This document shows positions 55,086 to 64,000 of a DNA stretch of 64,000 nucleotides, piece after piece. The notes under the pieces were generated by a model that was not told the DNA's origin, did no database searches, and worked only from the letters and a program-made list of their open reading frames with translations. Within the stretch, counting starts at the first letter, position 1. Every line of letters begins with the position of its first letter. Origin of the DNA: a virus. Lineage: Duplodnaviria > Caudoviricetes. Both the position numbers and the translations under genes were made by a program. The stretch spans positions 21,079 to 85,078 of the IMG/VR virus record IMGVR_UViG_3300019703_000001, one strand, 5' to 3'.

Positions 55086-55648
55086 CCCTCCTTATCTTTT
55101 TTATCCGACTTTTCATTTAATATTTCAGCCGGTATTATTTCAATGTTTACGTCTAATTTCTCCCGTGGGTCTGTCATCTTAAGCACATTTAATTTTTGAG
55201 CTAAGGCTGTTGTTTTAGGATGAAGCTTTACGTCAACAACCCTTGTTACACCGTCTTTGTTTTCAACCTCCGTTTGTTTGAGGCTTTGAATAACCCTTGT
55301 ATCTATATCCTTAAAGTCTTTAACAACTAACCCTTTTACGGGGTCATAATCCACAATGTCATTAATATCGCTTGTAGCCAAATTATGAACAGCCCCCAAG
55401 GTTTCACCCCTCATCTGCTGTCTATTTTCCCAAAATTCTTCATCCATTTCGGCTATAGCCTGTTTAATGCAAGGCTTTGCTAGCAATTTAGGCGCATTTG
55501 CTCTCGCTGTGTCATATTTAGACTTTGTATACACCCGCATATAAGCCTTTGTTCCATTCCTCAAGTGAAAGTATTCAATCAAAAAAGCTCTATGTTTTTC
55601 GCTTTTAATTTTTTTGAGTGCGGGACTTCCTGTCGGTGCATAATCCAT
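55082..55648 (-). CDS. terS: Terminase small subunit
   Basis: FLIEY....NGT.AY..VY....DTAR.NA.KLL.KP.IK.AI helix-turn-helix and VKL..K..AL motifs. Confidence 0.88.
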   Translation of the reverse strand: MDYAPTGSPALKKIKSEKHRAFLIEYFHLRNGTKAYMRVYTKSKYDTARANAPKLLAKPCIKQAIAEMDEEFWENRQQMRGETLGAVHNLATSDINDIVDYDPVKGLVVKDFKDIDTRVIQSLKQTEVENKDGVTRVVDVKLHPKTTALAQKLNVLKMTDPREKLDVNIEIIPAEILNEKSDKKDKEG

Positions 55649-55671
55649 TTTACTATCCTTTTAATCTCTTT

Positions 55672-56046
55672 TTAATCTCTTTTTGGTTTCCAATTATCAC
55701 AAACAAGACCATCAAAATAATCTTTACAGTCTTGGCAAACGAATCTTTTAATACATGGAGTTCCGTAAAGGGGACAGGTTGAACATTCTATAAAATGTCT
55801 ACAATCAGCACATTTTTTTTCTCCCCAATCTTCTGGAATTAGTTCCATAAAAGCTTTGACGTCTTCTTCTCCAAAAAGTTTTACTTTAGATTTAAATTGT
55901 TCTACACTTGTGAAGATACGATCTACAATACATATATCATTGCAATAGTGTCGCGTATCGCCTTTATCATAAAAAGCGAAAGCATGTTCTCCAATTACTT
56001 CTGTTAAATCTACAAACTTTATTTTACTCATATCATGTGTTGTCAT
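55672..56046 (-). CDS. Cys-rich hypothetical protein
   Basis: CADCRHF..C..CP...C...C.DC. Confidence 0.6.
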   Translation of the reverse strand: MTTHDMSKIKFVDLTEVIGEHAFAFYDKGDTRHYCNDICIVDRIFTSVEQFKSKVKLFGEEDVKAFMELIPEDWGEKKCADCRHFIECSTCPLYGTPCIKRFVCQDCKDYFDGLVCDNWKPKRD

Positions 56047-56171
56047 TGTCTTTACCTACAATTTTTTTTTGATTATCTATACTATTTAAGAAGTCTTTTA
56101 AATATTTATCTAAATAATATTTAGGTTCTATCCTTGGATAGGCTCCAACATAAAACACACTTTTTTTATTT

Positions 56172-56405
56172 TCATGATTTGTCACTGTCATCACCCACTT
56201 CCCTTTTAACACCTGTTAGTTTTTCATAAACATCATTATTAAATATTTTTTGAGTTGTCAGCTCAATTGCTGCGATCATGCCCTGTTCCAATTTAATATT
56301 ATTATCTAAAATAATTTGGACCATGTTTGAAATAATCCCTGTCATGCTTTGAACTTGCAGGGTAAGAACTGCCGTTTGTTCAGCTCTTGTCTTTTTTTTG
56401 CTCAT
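56172..56405 (-). CDS. Hypothetical protein
   Basis: GAGGGG RBS. Confidence 0.6.
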   Translation of the reverse strand: MSKKKTRAEQTAVLTLQVQSMTGIISNMVQIILDNNIKLEQGMIAAIELTTQKIFNNDVYEKLTGVKREVGDDSDKS

Positions 56406-56406
56406 T

Positions 56407-56835
56407 TTAAACCCCCTCTGGTATTATAATCTCAATTTCTGTTCGTGGCTCCATGCTGTAATATTTCGCCAATCGTCCTTCACAAACCTGGTTGTCGTCA
56501 GCAAATACAAGTTTATTAAATGCGTCTAAAACCCATTTATCTAAATTATCCCTGTCGGGTTTTTTAGTATAATATATTTCTTCACCATTATTAAGCCTTT
56601 TCATAAATTTTTTAGTTTGCTGCTGTTTTTTCGTAGGCATAAAATAAAACGTACAATTAACGATAACAGGCTTATTCTTTTCTATTGGCTTAAATCCAGT
56701 AGGAAGTTGGCTCTTGACTAATCTTTGAAACCTGTGTTTATATTTAATTTGCGGGTCATAATATTTCTCGCCGGTACGACCTGCTCTCTGTTTTGCCACC
56801 GGGTTTCCCGGTATTGTTATGTATATTATATCCAA
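56407..56835 (-). CDS. rusA: RusA-family Holliday junction resolvase
   Basis: G.PVAKQR, KPDRDNL.K..LDA.N...F.DD.QV motifs. Confidence 0.92.
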   Translation of the reverse strand: MDIIYITIPGNPVAKQRAGRTGEKYYDPQIKYKHRFQRLVKSQLPTGFKPIEKNKPVIVNCTFYFMPTKKQQQTKKFMKRLNNGEEIYYTKKPDRDNLDKWVLDAFNKLVFADDNQVCEGRLAKYYSMEPRTEIEIIIPEGV

Positions 56836-56838
56836 TTA

Positions 56839-57480
56839 TTATAGTACCTTGTATATTGTTCTCATTTTCGCATTTCGTTTTTGATGCTCGACCTTGATCC
56901 GCTCGCTTGAAATTAACTCCTCAAGCATGGCTTTACGGGCATTTTTCGAAACCTTTGAGGATCTAACCTTCTGAGTCTTTCTTGTTAATTGTGATAATGT
57001 TATCCCTTCCGGACCTGCTGACTTTATAACATCATAAATTTTATTTGTCATAAATTCGGGATCAAACAATTGACTTTGTCCCACTGCCGGTTGTATTATA
57101 AATTTTTTTTTAATTCTTTGAGCTTTTAAAATAACGATATAAATCTTTGTTTCATTCAGTTGTAGGTTGAATTGTGCTTCAAATGCTACGCGCTTTGTGT
57201 TATTAAATTTATCGAAAAATAAATCAACCTCTTTTATGAATTCAGATTGAACCTCTGCAAATTTCATTTTAACACTTGTCCGCATTAAAAAATTAACCTC
57301 AAGTGATACATTGAAAAATTTTTGATTACCAAAATCAAGAAACAGATTTTCGTTATAATTATAATTGCCTTCACTATAATTTTTAAAAAATTCCTGTATA
57401 ATAAAAAGGATAGACTCACCGCCTCTCAGCCGTCTATAATCGGGTTCTGTGACTTGAGGGATTGCCATATTCATGATCAC
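56839..57480 (-). CDS. Protein with C-terminal winged-helix domain
   Basis: IYDVIKSAG..GITLSQL...TQ...LEELI.S.RI pattern. Confidence 0.55.
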   Translation of the reverse strand: MIMNMAIPQVTEPDYRRLRGGESILFIIQEFFKNYSEGNYNYNENLFLDFGNQKFFNVSLEVNFLMRTSVKMKFAEVQSEFIKEVDLFFDKFNNTKRVAFEAQFNLQLNETKIYIVILKAQRIKKKFIIQPAVGQSQLFDPEFMTNKIYDVIKSAGPEGITLSQLTRKTQKVRSSKVSKNARKAMLEELISSERIKVEHQKRNAKMRTIYKVL

Positions 57481-57677
57481 ACCATATTAAATTTTTCAGA
57501 GAATTCTTTTAAGTCATTAGGATGTATAAGCCACTCTCTACCTCCTTTTTTTTGAGCTTTAAGTTTTATGATTTTTTTTTCAGAATTTTTTAATCCGTTT
57601 ACTATCCACAATCTGATTGTGTTTGAAGATACACCTTTTTCGGATGCCGCTTGTTTTGCAGTCAATAAATCGCTCAT
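57477..57677 (-). CDS. Excisionase/MerR-like helix-turn-helix protein
   Basis: LLTAKQAA...GVS..TIR.WI..G, GGREWLI; start set at ATG 57677 behind AAGGA. Confidence 0.8.
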   Translation of the reverse strand: MSDLLTAKQAASEKGVSSNTIRLWIVNGLKNSEKKIIKLKAQKKGGREWLIHPNDLKEFSEKFNMV

Positions 57678-57770
57678 AATATTTCCTTTTGTGATTTTTG
57701 ATTTTATAACACATAAAGTGCAAAAAGGCCATTTGTCAACAAAAAAAATAAAAAAATTAAAAAAAATAGA

Positions 57771-58300
57771 ATGTTCAAAATTCACCGCATTCTAAAAATG
57801 TACAAATATTCTGTATGTACATTTTGGCCTATTTTGACAAGTGTATGATAAGTTAAGTACTCTTATATAGTTATTATATATATAGTATTATATATATAAT
57901 AGTATTATATATAAACAGTAATAATATATATGTATATAAATAGACAATAAAAAAAACGATAACAATAAGATGTTCAAAATTCATTGCAAAAAGTGTGAAA
58001 TTTCGACTTTTTTGAGGGGGTACTTTTCCTAGGCGATTTTTGCCCCAGAAAAACACCCCCTCGAAAAACGCGTTTTTTCGCGACTTTTGCAATGAATTTT
58101 GAACATCCTATTGTTTTTATTTTTTTCGCCCTTATGAGAGTTTTTTGAGAAGTGATTGTGATAATATGATTTACTTAAATTTACATTTTTTTGCGTATTG
58201 TCGGAAAAGTCGCCTTGTCTTTCACTTGTCAGACTACATTTTGGAGTTTTAGAGCTTAAAGTTTTATTTAGCTCTAAATAGTTTGCAATGAATTTTGAAC
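57771..58300. other. Candidate replication origin: AT-rich tract, iteron-like repeats and a large inverted repeat
   Basis: GATGTTCAAAATTCATTGCAAAA at 57969-57991 with a perfect inverted copy at 58085-58107; partial copies at 57771 and 58282; TA-rich tract at about 57862-57940. Confidence 0.55.
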
Positions 58301-58488
58301 TTTCTCCAAAAGAAAACCCGCTTGTAAAAAGCGGGTTTATAGTGGGTTTGTGATTTTTAGTGCAATTTCGCCGAATCAAGCTTTTTTGCTCCCTGTTAAA
58401 TTTTTTAGAAAAATACAATCAATTAGCTATTATCTACAATTAAACATATGGCAAGTTAAATGTCAAGAGTTATTTTTGTCTAAAAACA

Positions 58489-58532
58489 AAAAACCCCCTT
58501 CTGAGTTGGGATGTCTCAAGAAGAGGGTTTTA
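58489..58532 (-). terminator. Hairpin/terminator downstream of the primase
   Basis: AAAACCC..CTTCTGAG / CTC.AGAAG.GGGTTTT with a T-run on the minus strand. Confidence 0.6.
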
Positions 58533-58636
58533 GGTCATATGAGCAAAAAGTTTTTGTGGGTGTAAAGCGTATTGAAACTACAAGAAAAAGTAAATACATT
58601 AAGACTTTTAATGAAAATTTTGTCAAGATTTTTTAT

Positions 58637-60913
58637 TTAATTTTTACCGATCTGTTTCTTTTCATTCGGAGAATAAACAACAGTTTCTCTCCCTGTTTCC
58701 TTCGATCTGATAGAGGATTCAACAATTTTTTTACTCATTTTTAAATGTTCTACTATATCCGCTATTGATCTAGTGTTCATGTTTTGTGTTTGGCTGAATA
58801 ACTCACTTATTGTAATATGCCCCGACGTTCTAATCAGGTTTAATATTCTTTGCAGTGAGTATTCATATTCATTATCTGAAATATAGTTTTCAGTTATATA
58901 CATCATATTGTCAGTAAGATACTTAATTAATTTTATACTATACTCGATTTCAGTTTCCGTTATAATAGGCTGATCAATATCCTTTCCGGTTGCTAAAATT
59001 AACGCAATCTTCATGACCATCATGGGAGCCCTTCCATAAAGCTCATTATTTCGACCATCCTCCCTCAATTCGGCCCTGAATTTTGATATATACATCTTGA
59101 ACTCCTTTAAAAGCCCTGCTGCCGCTGGTGTCTCCTCTACTATCAGTGGATTGCAATTAGTATGATCAATATTGCCTTGAGGATCACAATTAATTGGTTT
59201 TTTAGATAACACTTTTATTTGTGTCAACAAAGACGACGGGGGCAGTCTTCTTATATCAATATCCTGCTCCGGCGGATCTTCATTCTCTGACTCAAATATT
59301 AGCATCCTTGATAACAAACCATCCCTGATATTTTCCGGGCTAAGCCCCTTGTATAGCGTATCCGGGACCGTTGTTCCGTAAAGGCATAAACAAGGGCGGT
59401 CTATTACAATTTGGTTTTCTTTGTCTGCATAAGTTTTACCGTAATAAACCTGATCCGAACTTGAAAACAATGTTAACAATGTAGGGACAATATTAACTCT
59501 ATAAGACGCCTGCTGCCGTACTTTGTTCGTACTCTTGAAAAAATGCCCTATCTCATCCATCAACAGCAGTGTGGATTGCTCTACAGTAAGCGCCGTATTG
59601 ATCGCACTATCAGAGGCTACATTCTCATTTGCGGCCATCATTTCACATCCGGCATCCTTAAAACATCTTTTAATTACCTTCCGTGCAAAGTCCTTGCCGC
59701 AAGACTGCGCTCCCACTCCCATTGTATACAAGTTTGGAGCAAGGCCTGTCTTTGTCTGTACTTTCCGCCCAGCAAGACATCCGACCGCTGTTAGAGCTGC
59801 ACCCAGCGCAAGAATGGGCTGCGGTTTAATAGACTGCATGTTGATATAATCGATTAAATCCCCCACCAACCCCCCAGGATTGAGCAATTCCTTTAAAAAA
59901 GGCTTTCTATCCGGCATATGGTACTCAATCCGGGCCTTAGACCGCTCTAATGCGTCAAAATGGTCTTCTGTGACAACATAAACATTATTGTCCGAAACAG
60001 CAGGTGTTTTCCCGGAAATAACATTTTGACTTTCATTTTTTTTGAGCGTAGAGACCCAACCATACTGCTTCTCTGCAATGTAAAAAATGGTCCCGAGTGT
60101 AATGTCCCCACGTGGTTTCAGTCCTTTCCAACGTCTTTCAATATCATTCGGATCATATTGGTCCGACTTGCTGGACCACTCAACCCACAGGGGTTTTGCA
60201 GAGGGACACCCGGTATTTTTAAGGGCTGTTCCTATATTAACCCATAAATCCCTATCGTCGGAAGGGATCGCCTGTAGTGCTGATCTTATCTCAATACGTT
60301 CAGCCTCCGGCAAGATTACCCCCGATGCCGGTTCTATTGCCTCAGACGGGGGCTTTTTATAAGCCTCTATCCAATCAGGCATAACAGTGCACCTGTGATA
60401 TAAATCCAGTATCCCAAGACCATTTACATCATCATAAACTTCGTATCCACTAACCCCATCAGGAGCGCACACATAGCCCCCATTTGCCCTAATATCTACC
60501 GGCAATGTTCTGTCTAAAAACCGGGCCTTTGATGACAGTTTTGTCGTTTCTTTTAACCTGTAATAGTAGTGAATGCCTCCGGACGGTGTTTGAACCATGT
60601 ATGTCTCCGGCAGGGGGCCGAAGTCCGCTTCAACCGCTTCTTTTAACTCTTCAACGCTTCGGGGATCTATGGGACTATTTTTGTCTGATATATCAATAGG
60701 TTTGTTTATATCAAAATCAATAACCACAATCCCGTTCATATTTCCCGTCGGAAGTCCGATCAAAGGGTTTGAAGTCCTTTGAAATTGACCCTTTAAAACG
60801 TTTAAATCGGTTGTTGCATCATAAAACCCTAAGTTCGTGACCGGTTTTTTTTCTCTATTACAGGCAAAAATTTTTAATCCTTGATTAATATAGCAATTGA
60901 TGTATTTTTCCAA
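58637..60913 (-). CDS. Bifunctional primase-polymerase + PriCT-2 + DUF3987-like helicase-type domain
   Basis: IGLPTG..NGIVVIDFD, TPSGG.HYYY, DIRANGGYV; DDRD.WVNIG.AL...WSSKS..Y; LLMDEIG, PCLCLYGTT.P, DGLLSR. Confidence 0.9.
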   Translation of the reverse strand: MEKYINCYINQGLKIFACNREKKPVTNLGFYDATTDLNVLKGQFQRTSNPLIGLPTGNMNGIVVIDFDINKPIDISDKNSPIDPRSVEELKEAVEADFGPLPETYMVQTPSGGIHYYYRLKETTKLSSKARFLDRTLPVDIRANGGYVCAPDGVSGYEVYDDVNGLGILDLYHRCTVMPDWIEAYKKPPSEAIEPASGVILPEAERIEIRSALQAIPSDDRDLWVNIGTALKNTGCPSAKPLWVEWSSKSDQYDPNDIERRWKGLKPRGDITLGTIFYIAEKQYGWVSTLKKNESQNVISGKTPAVSDNNVYVVTEDHFDALERSKARIEYHMPDRKPFLKELLNPGGLVGDLIDYINMQSIKPQPILALGAALTAVGCLAGRKVQTKTGLAPNLYTMGVGAQSCGKDFARKVIKRCFKDAGCEMMAANENVASDSAINTALTVEQSTLLLMDEIGHFFKSTNKVRQQASYRVNIVPTLLTLFSSSDQVYYGKTYADKENQIVIDRPCLCLYGTTVPDTLYKGLSPENIRDGLLSRMLIFESENEDPPEQDIDIRRLPPSSLLTQIKVLSKKPINCDPQGNIDHTNCNPLIVEETPAAAGLLKEFKMYISKFRAELREDGRNNELYGRAPMMVMKIALILATGKDIDQPIITETEIEYSIKLIKYLTDNMMYITENYISDNEYEYSLQRILNLIRTSGHITISELFSQTQNMNTRSIADIVEHLKMSKKIVESSIRSKETGRETVVYSPNEKKQIGKN

Positions 60914-60929
60914 TCATTTCACCTATAAT

Positions 60930-61403
60930 TTATTTAAAAAATTTTTTTCGCTTCACCTTTTTTTCTTTTTTTGCTTTTTTGGGCTCTGTTTCCGGCTCTT
61001 CTGTAGGCATAGTAAGAGGCAGATCAAGCCCTAAGCCCCAAGCCTGATTCAAAACATCACAGACAGCAAGGTTTCTACTCCCTGTCTTGTTTATTATCTC
61101 TATGAAACTTTCAGATAATGTATATGTCTTTTTTACAAGTCCAGAGCCTTTTTTCTGGCGTCTTCGGCATGAATAGACCTCTTGCATGAGGTGAATGTTC
61201 TCAGTGACTACCTCCTCAATTAATGCGGAAGCGTTATTGTCCTCTCGTTTCGGGGCCTCCACAGCAATTCTGTCAACAATTGCCTGATCCAGCATTAGGG
61301 TTGCGGAAAAATAAGCCTCCCCCTCCTTTTTGCGGTGTCTTTTGTTTGCGTCTCGGTTGCGTTTATCCATTGAGCTCTCCTGTTTTGACGTTTTTAACAT
61401 CAA
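60930..61403 (-). CDS. Putative DNA-binding protein with two ribbon-helix-helix-like units
   Basis: FSATLMLD..IVDRI...NASALIEEV and KKTYTLSES..EII...AVCDVL. Confidence 0.5.
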   Translation of the reverse strand: MMLKTSKQESSMDKRNRDANKRHRKKEGEAYFSATLMLDQAIVDRIAVEAPKREDNNASALIEEVVTENIHLMQEVYSCRRRQKKGSGLVKKTYTLSESFIEIINKTGSRNLAVCDVLNQAWGLGLDLPLTMPTEEPETEPKKAKKEKKVKRKKFFK

Positions 61404-61492
61404 ATTTTTTGGTTGTTTTATTTTTAAACAGATATTTTCTTAAAAAAAATCCTGATATTAAGCCGATTATATAAATTATTAAATAATCCATA

Positions 61493-61882
61493 TCACCCCC
61501 CTTTGGACGTTATTTTCTTAGTTTTTTTGGTTTTTTTGTTTAACCGTCTATGCAGATGTGTTATTTGTTCAGTATGACTTAATATAGGTTGTTGTTTTTT
61601 ATACAATTCTTTCAAAACCTGTATTGAGTGGTCTTTTGCCTTATATAAGGCGTTATTCATCTCATCAACTAAATGTATATAGCCGTCAAGATTTTTATCA
61701 ATTTTTTTTACATGATTTTTGAGTTTTTTTATCTCATTATCTTTTTTTTTCTGCTCTTTTAAAAATTTTTTTTCTATTTCAGAAATTTTTTTTTGATATT
61801 GTCGGGCTGTAATTTCAGATCCGTTTTTAAATCCATTATCAAAAACTTTTTTTTTGCCTTTTAAGTAGTTTATTATATTCAT
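61493..61882 (-). CDS. Basic coiled-coil hypothetical protein
   Basis: AAGGGTG RBS; Lys-rich heptads. Confidence 0.55.
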   Translation of the reverse strand: MNIINYLKGKKKVFDNGFKNGSEITARQYQKKISEIEKKFLKEQKKKDNEIKKLKNHVKKIDKNLDGYIHLVDEMNNALYKAKDHSIQVLKELYKKQQPILSHTEQITHLHRRLNKKTKKTKKITSKGG

Positions 61883-62020
61883 AAAATCACCCTTTTCTTA
61901 TCTATTTCCACACTGTGGTTTCTAAACCGCACTTTTTGCAGTCGTATATTACTTTTTTACCGCTGCTTTTCTCTTCATTTTTTGTCATTTTTGTACTGCA
62001 TTTGTAACATGTCATATCTT

Positions 62021-62569
62021 TTACACCTCATTTCCCCAAACGTCCCAGCCTTCGACCTTTTCTCTTGCGAATAATTCGATCCTGGGTATATCTCCCATCA
62101 GTTCAACTATTCTTTTTCGGGCTTCATCGGGTTTTTTGCTGTGTTTCTCAATAGGGCTATATATTACAGAGTGAACAGCGGCACTTATCCTTTTAGGCTT
62201 GCCCCTTGTTGCAATTAAACAAAGCTCTGCATTTGCTCTTGTAAAACTTCCCATTCCCCAAAAAAAGGAATTTGCTTTCTTATTTTTCTTTATCCACGTG
62301 AAAGCCGATGTTTTATATTCAAAGCCCCATTTTTCGATTAACTGCCAACATTCATTTAATTTCGGCATAGTTACCCATAGAAATAAAGCGCAGTCATCTT
62401 CTGCTATATTTTTAACAGGCAAGTTGTCAATCCAATCCTTTGATTGTGTTGGATATTTGAAGGCAGCCCCCCGGTTCCCCGCTTTTGCTTTATCTTTATA
62501 TGACCACGGCGGATCTGCATAAATTATATTATATTTTTTATTCGGAAAAGGATTTATTATTTCACCCAT
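62021..62569 (-). CDS. MT-A70 family adenine methyltransferase
   Basis: IYADPPW, LFLWVT, GF.YKT..F.WIK, R.N.E.CLIA..G, HSKKP, RIELFAR. Confidence 0.93.
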   Translation of the reverse strand: MGEIINPFPNKKYNIIYADPPWSYKDKAKAGNRGAAFKYPTQSKDWIDNLPVKNIAEDDCALFLWVTMPKLNECWQLIEKWGFEYKTSAFTWIKKNKKANSFFWGMGSFTRANAELCLIATRGKPKRISAAVHSVIYSPIEKHSKKPDEARKRIVELMGDIPRIELFAREKVEGWDVWGNEV

Positions 62570-62735
62570 GTAATTTGATAACTCCCCCGCCGCACAAAGT
62601 GGCGAATCCCCGGATAATAACTTTGCATCCGGTATTTTTAGTCATTTCCAAAAGATCGTTGAATGGATACCGTGTGTCAACTTCATCTTTGTTTACAAAA
62701 AATGTTGTTTTTGGTTTTTTCTTTTTTAATTTCAT
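62562..62735 (-). CDS. 57-aa hypothetical protein (not in the ORF track)
   Basis: AAGGAGG RBS; MKLKKKKPKTTFFVNKDEVDTRYP...; upstream TTGACA-17-TATTTT (62795-62767). Confidence 0.6.
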   Translation of the reverse strand: MKLKKKKPKTTFFVNKDEVDTRYPFNDLLEMTKNTGCKVIIRGFATLCGGGVIKLHG

Positions 62736-62766
62736 AACTCAAACCTCCTTATCCTTATTTTATTAC

Positions 62767-62843
62767 AAAATAATATCTTATCATGTTTTTGTCAACAAAA
62801 AAATAGAAAAAACATTGACAAAAATAAGACAAGCTTGAACTAT
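62767..62843. promoter_or_regulatory. Divergent promoter pair with ATAAGACAAG motif
   Basis: Minus strand TTGACA-17-TATTTT; plus strand TTGACA (62815)-17-AACTAT. Confidence 0.65.
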
Positions 62844-62874
62844 TGCCGCAATAACTAATTACAGGAGGTTCTTT

Positions 62875-63201
62875 ATGGAAACAGAAGTAAAAGTCAAATT
62901 TAACGGTGTTCTGATTGATAATTTGCAGGATGAGAATACTTGTAAAAAATACGGGATGCAAATAATAGAAATTAAAAATATGCAACCGGGACAAACGGGA
63001 ATTGTTTTGAATATACAACATAATCAAAATACAATTCCGCCTAGTAAAGGACATATTGTAATGAGATCGTTAAGGTCTGATCAATTTGAAGTTATGGATT
63101 TAAGTGATTTCAATAAAGATTCAATTTGGCTTTCAACTTGTACTCTTGCTGTAGCCATACTACCAAAAGGCTCAGAACTTGAATTTAGAGTTAAGTATTA
63201 A
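62875..63201 (+). CDS. Hypothetical protein
   Basis: CAGGAGG RBS. Confidence 0.7.
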   Translation: METEVKVKFNGVLIDNLQDENTCKKYGMQIIEIKNMQPGQTGIVLNIQHNQNTIPPSKGHIVMRSLRSDQFEVMDLSDFNKDSIWLSTCTLAVAILPKGSELEFRVKY

Positions 63202-63212
63202 GGAGGTTTCTT

Positions 63213-63395
63213 ATGGATTTTAGAACAAAGTTAAAAAAAGGGGCTGATTACTGGACAACAAAAAACGATCAAGCTTACATTTTTAGCCCGACATTAAGGC
63301 GTAAATTTGACGCACTGCTTGCCTTAAAAGTCCCGGACCCCACCCCTATGCAGGAAATAGGCGGAATATGGCAAATAGAAACGGCCCCTCAATAG
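63213..63395 (+). CDS. Hypothetical protein
   Basis: AAGGAGG RBS. Confidence 0.65.
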   Translation: MDFRTKLKKGADYWTTKNDQAYIFSPTLRRKFDALLALKVPDPTPMQEIGGIWQIETAPQ

Positions 63396-63410
63396 GGGCC
63401 TTTCTTTTTT
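63383..63410. terminator. Bidirectional terminator
   Basis: GGCCCCT-CAAT-AGGGGCC followed by a T-tract. Confidence 0.75.
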
Positions 63411-63993
63411 ACAAATCATTTAATAACTCCATAGCCTGACCTATTAAGGTCATAGCAGAATGAAGCTTGCGGTTAATTTCATCTATTTTTGGCTCTACAG
63501 TCGAATTTTTTAAAAGATTAGAAACAAACATATTTTCTCCTGTTTGTTCTTTAACAATAAGTCTTATGTTTTTGACAATTATCATAGCTCCGTCCAAAAC
63601 CTTTGGGCCTACCAGAGGAGTTTTTATCAAATCACTTTGCAGCAGTGCATCTTTATAATTTTCCCCAACGTACAAAACATTCGGGTATTCATCATATAGC
63701 GTATAATGTACATCAATAAGTATTTCTATTTCTTTTTCGATTGTTTTACTTATAGGCAGCGGATCAAGACCGTTAGGCATAGGGTTGAAACCGTGTCTTT
63801 TTCTCCTTTGATTTATTGTTTCGGGTTTTGTTTCTTCACTGCTGCATTCAGCCGGTCTTTCTTTGGCTCGTGTTACGTAGCAAACGGAATATTCTGACAT
63901 TCTTAATTTAAGTGGTTTTATTAAATACTTCTTTATGTCGTCATCATTTGATATTTTTTTTAAATCATATAAATAAAACCCTCCAATTACCAA
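63409..63993 (-). CDS. Hypothetical protein (start uncertain at the window edge)
   Basis: 194-aa ORF in the track. Confidence 0.5.
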   Translation of the reverse strand: MVIGGFYLYDLKKISNDDDIKKYLIKPLKLRMSEYSVCYVTRAKERPAECSSEETKPETINQRRKRHGFNPMPNGLDPLPISKTIEKEIEILIDVHYTLYDEYPNVLYVGENYKDALLQSDLIKTPLVGPKVLDGAMIIVKNIRLIVKEQTGENMFVSNLLKNSTVEPKIDEINRKLHSAMTLIGQAMELLNDL

Positions 63994-64000
63994 AGTGTCA

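Noticed and set aside
57874-58418. ORFs 57874-58092 (+) and 58029-58418 (-)
   Set aside because: Low-complexity translations with no RBS, lying over the repeat-rich putative origin.
58533-58626. Possible further sRNA downstream of the primase (shares TACACCCA with sRNA 3)
   Set aside because: The -10 element is weak, there is no anti-SD seed, and an 8-nt match is too short to support a call.
51225-62569. Restriction-modification system
   Set aside because: Two methyltransferases but no adjacent recognisable endonuclease. Orphan methyltransferases are common in phages.
1-64000. Stop-codon reassignment, tRNA genes, introns/inteins, integrase
   Set aside because: Core genes are full length in the standard code. 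No cloverleaf or T-loop consensus, splicing motif or recombinase motif was recognised by eye.

Overview
This 64 kb AT-rich window is part of a tailed dsDNA phage genome with a contractile tail. The minus strand carries an almost complete virion module: baseplate, tape measure, tube, sheath, neck, major capsid, scaffold, protease, portal, terminase and lysis genes. The capsid, portal and protease look SPO1/Twort-like (Herelleviridae-like), but the large terminase is PBSX-type and replication uses a Prim-Pol/PriCT-2 primase. The late region is interrupted by plus-strand cassettes of small genes. Each starts at a near-consensus sigma70 promoter with a shared (AYAAG)2 motif in the spacer, and four carry a repeated stem-loop element. 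The most striking unannotated signal is a set of short promoter-to-terminator units (about 29652-29771, 50900-51048 and 51078-51220). Their 5' ends are antisense to Shine-Dalgarno plus start-codon regions, and in two of them the anti-SD sits in a hairpin loop. For two units the matching translation starts are in this window, which suggests a phage-encoded family of anti-RBS small RNAs. Other notable items are an ATPase-only terminase paralog, a copy of the capsid N-terminus inside the protease, K|A-punctuated polyvalent head proteins, a probable +1/-2 tail-chaperone frameshift, and a baseplate protein with a large beta-propeller insertion. No integrase, tRNA, CRISPR array or reverse transcriptase was seen, and the host cannot be assigned. 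All family calls come from motif recognition by eye; no database searches were run.
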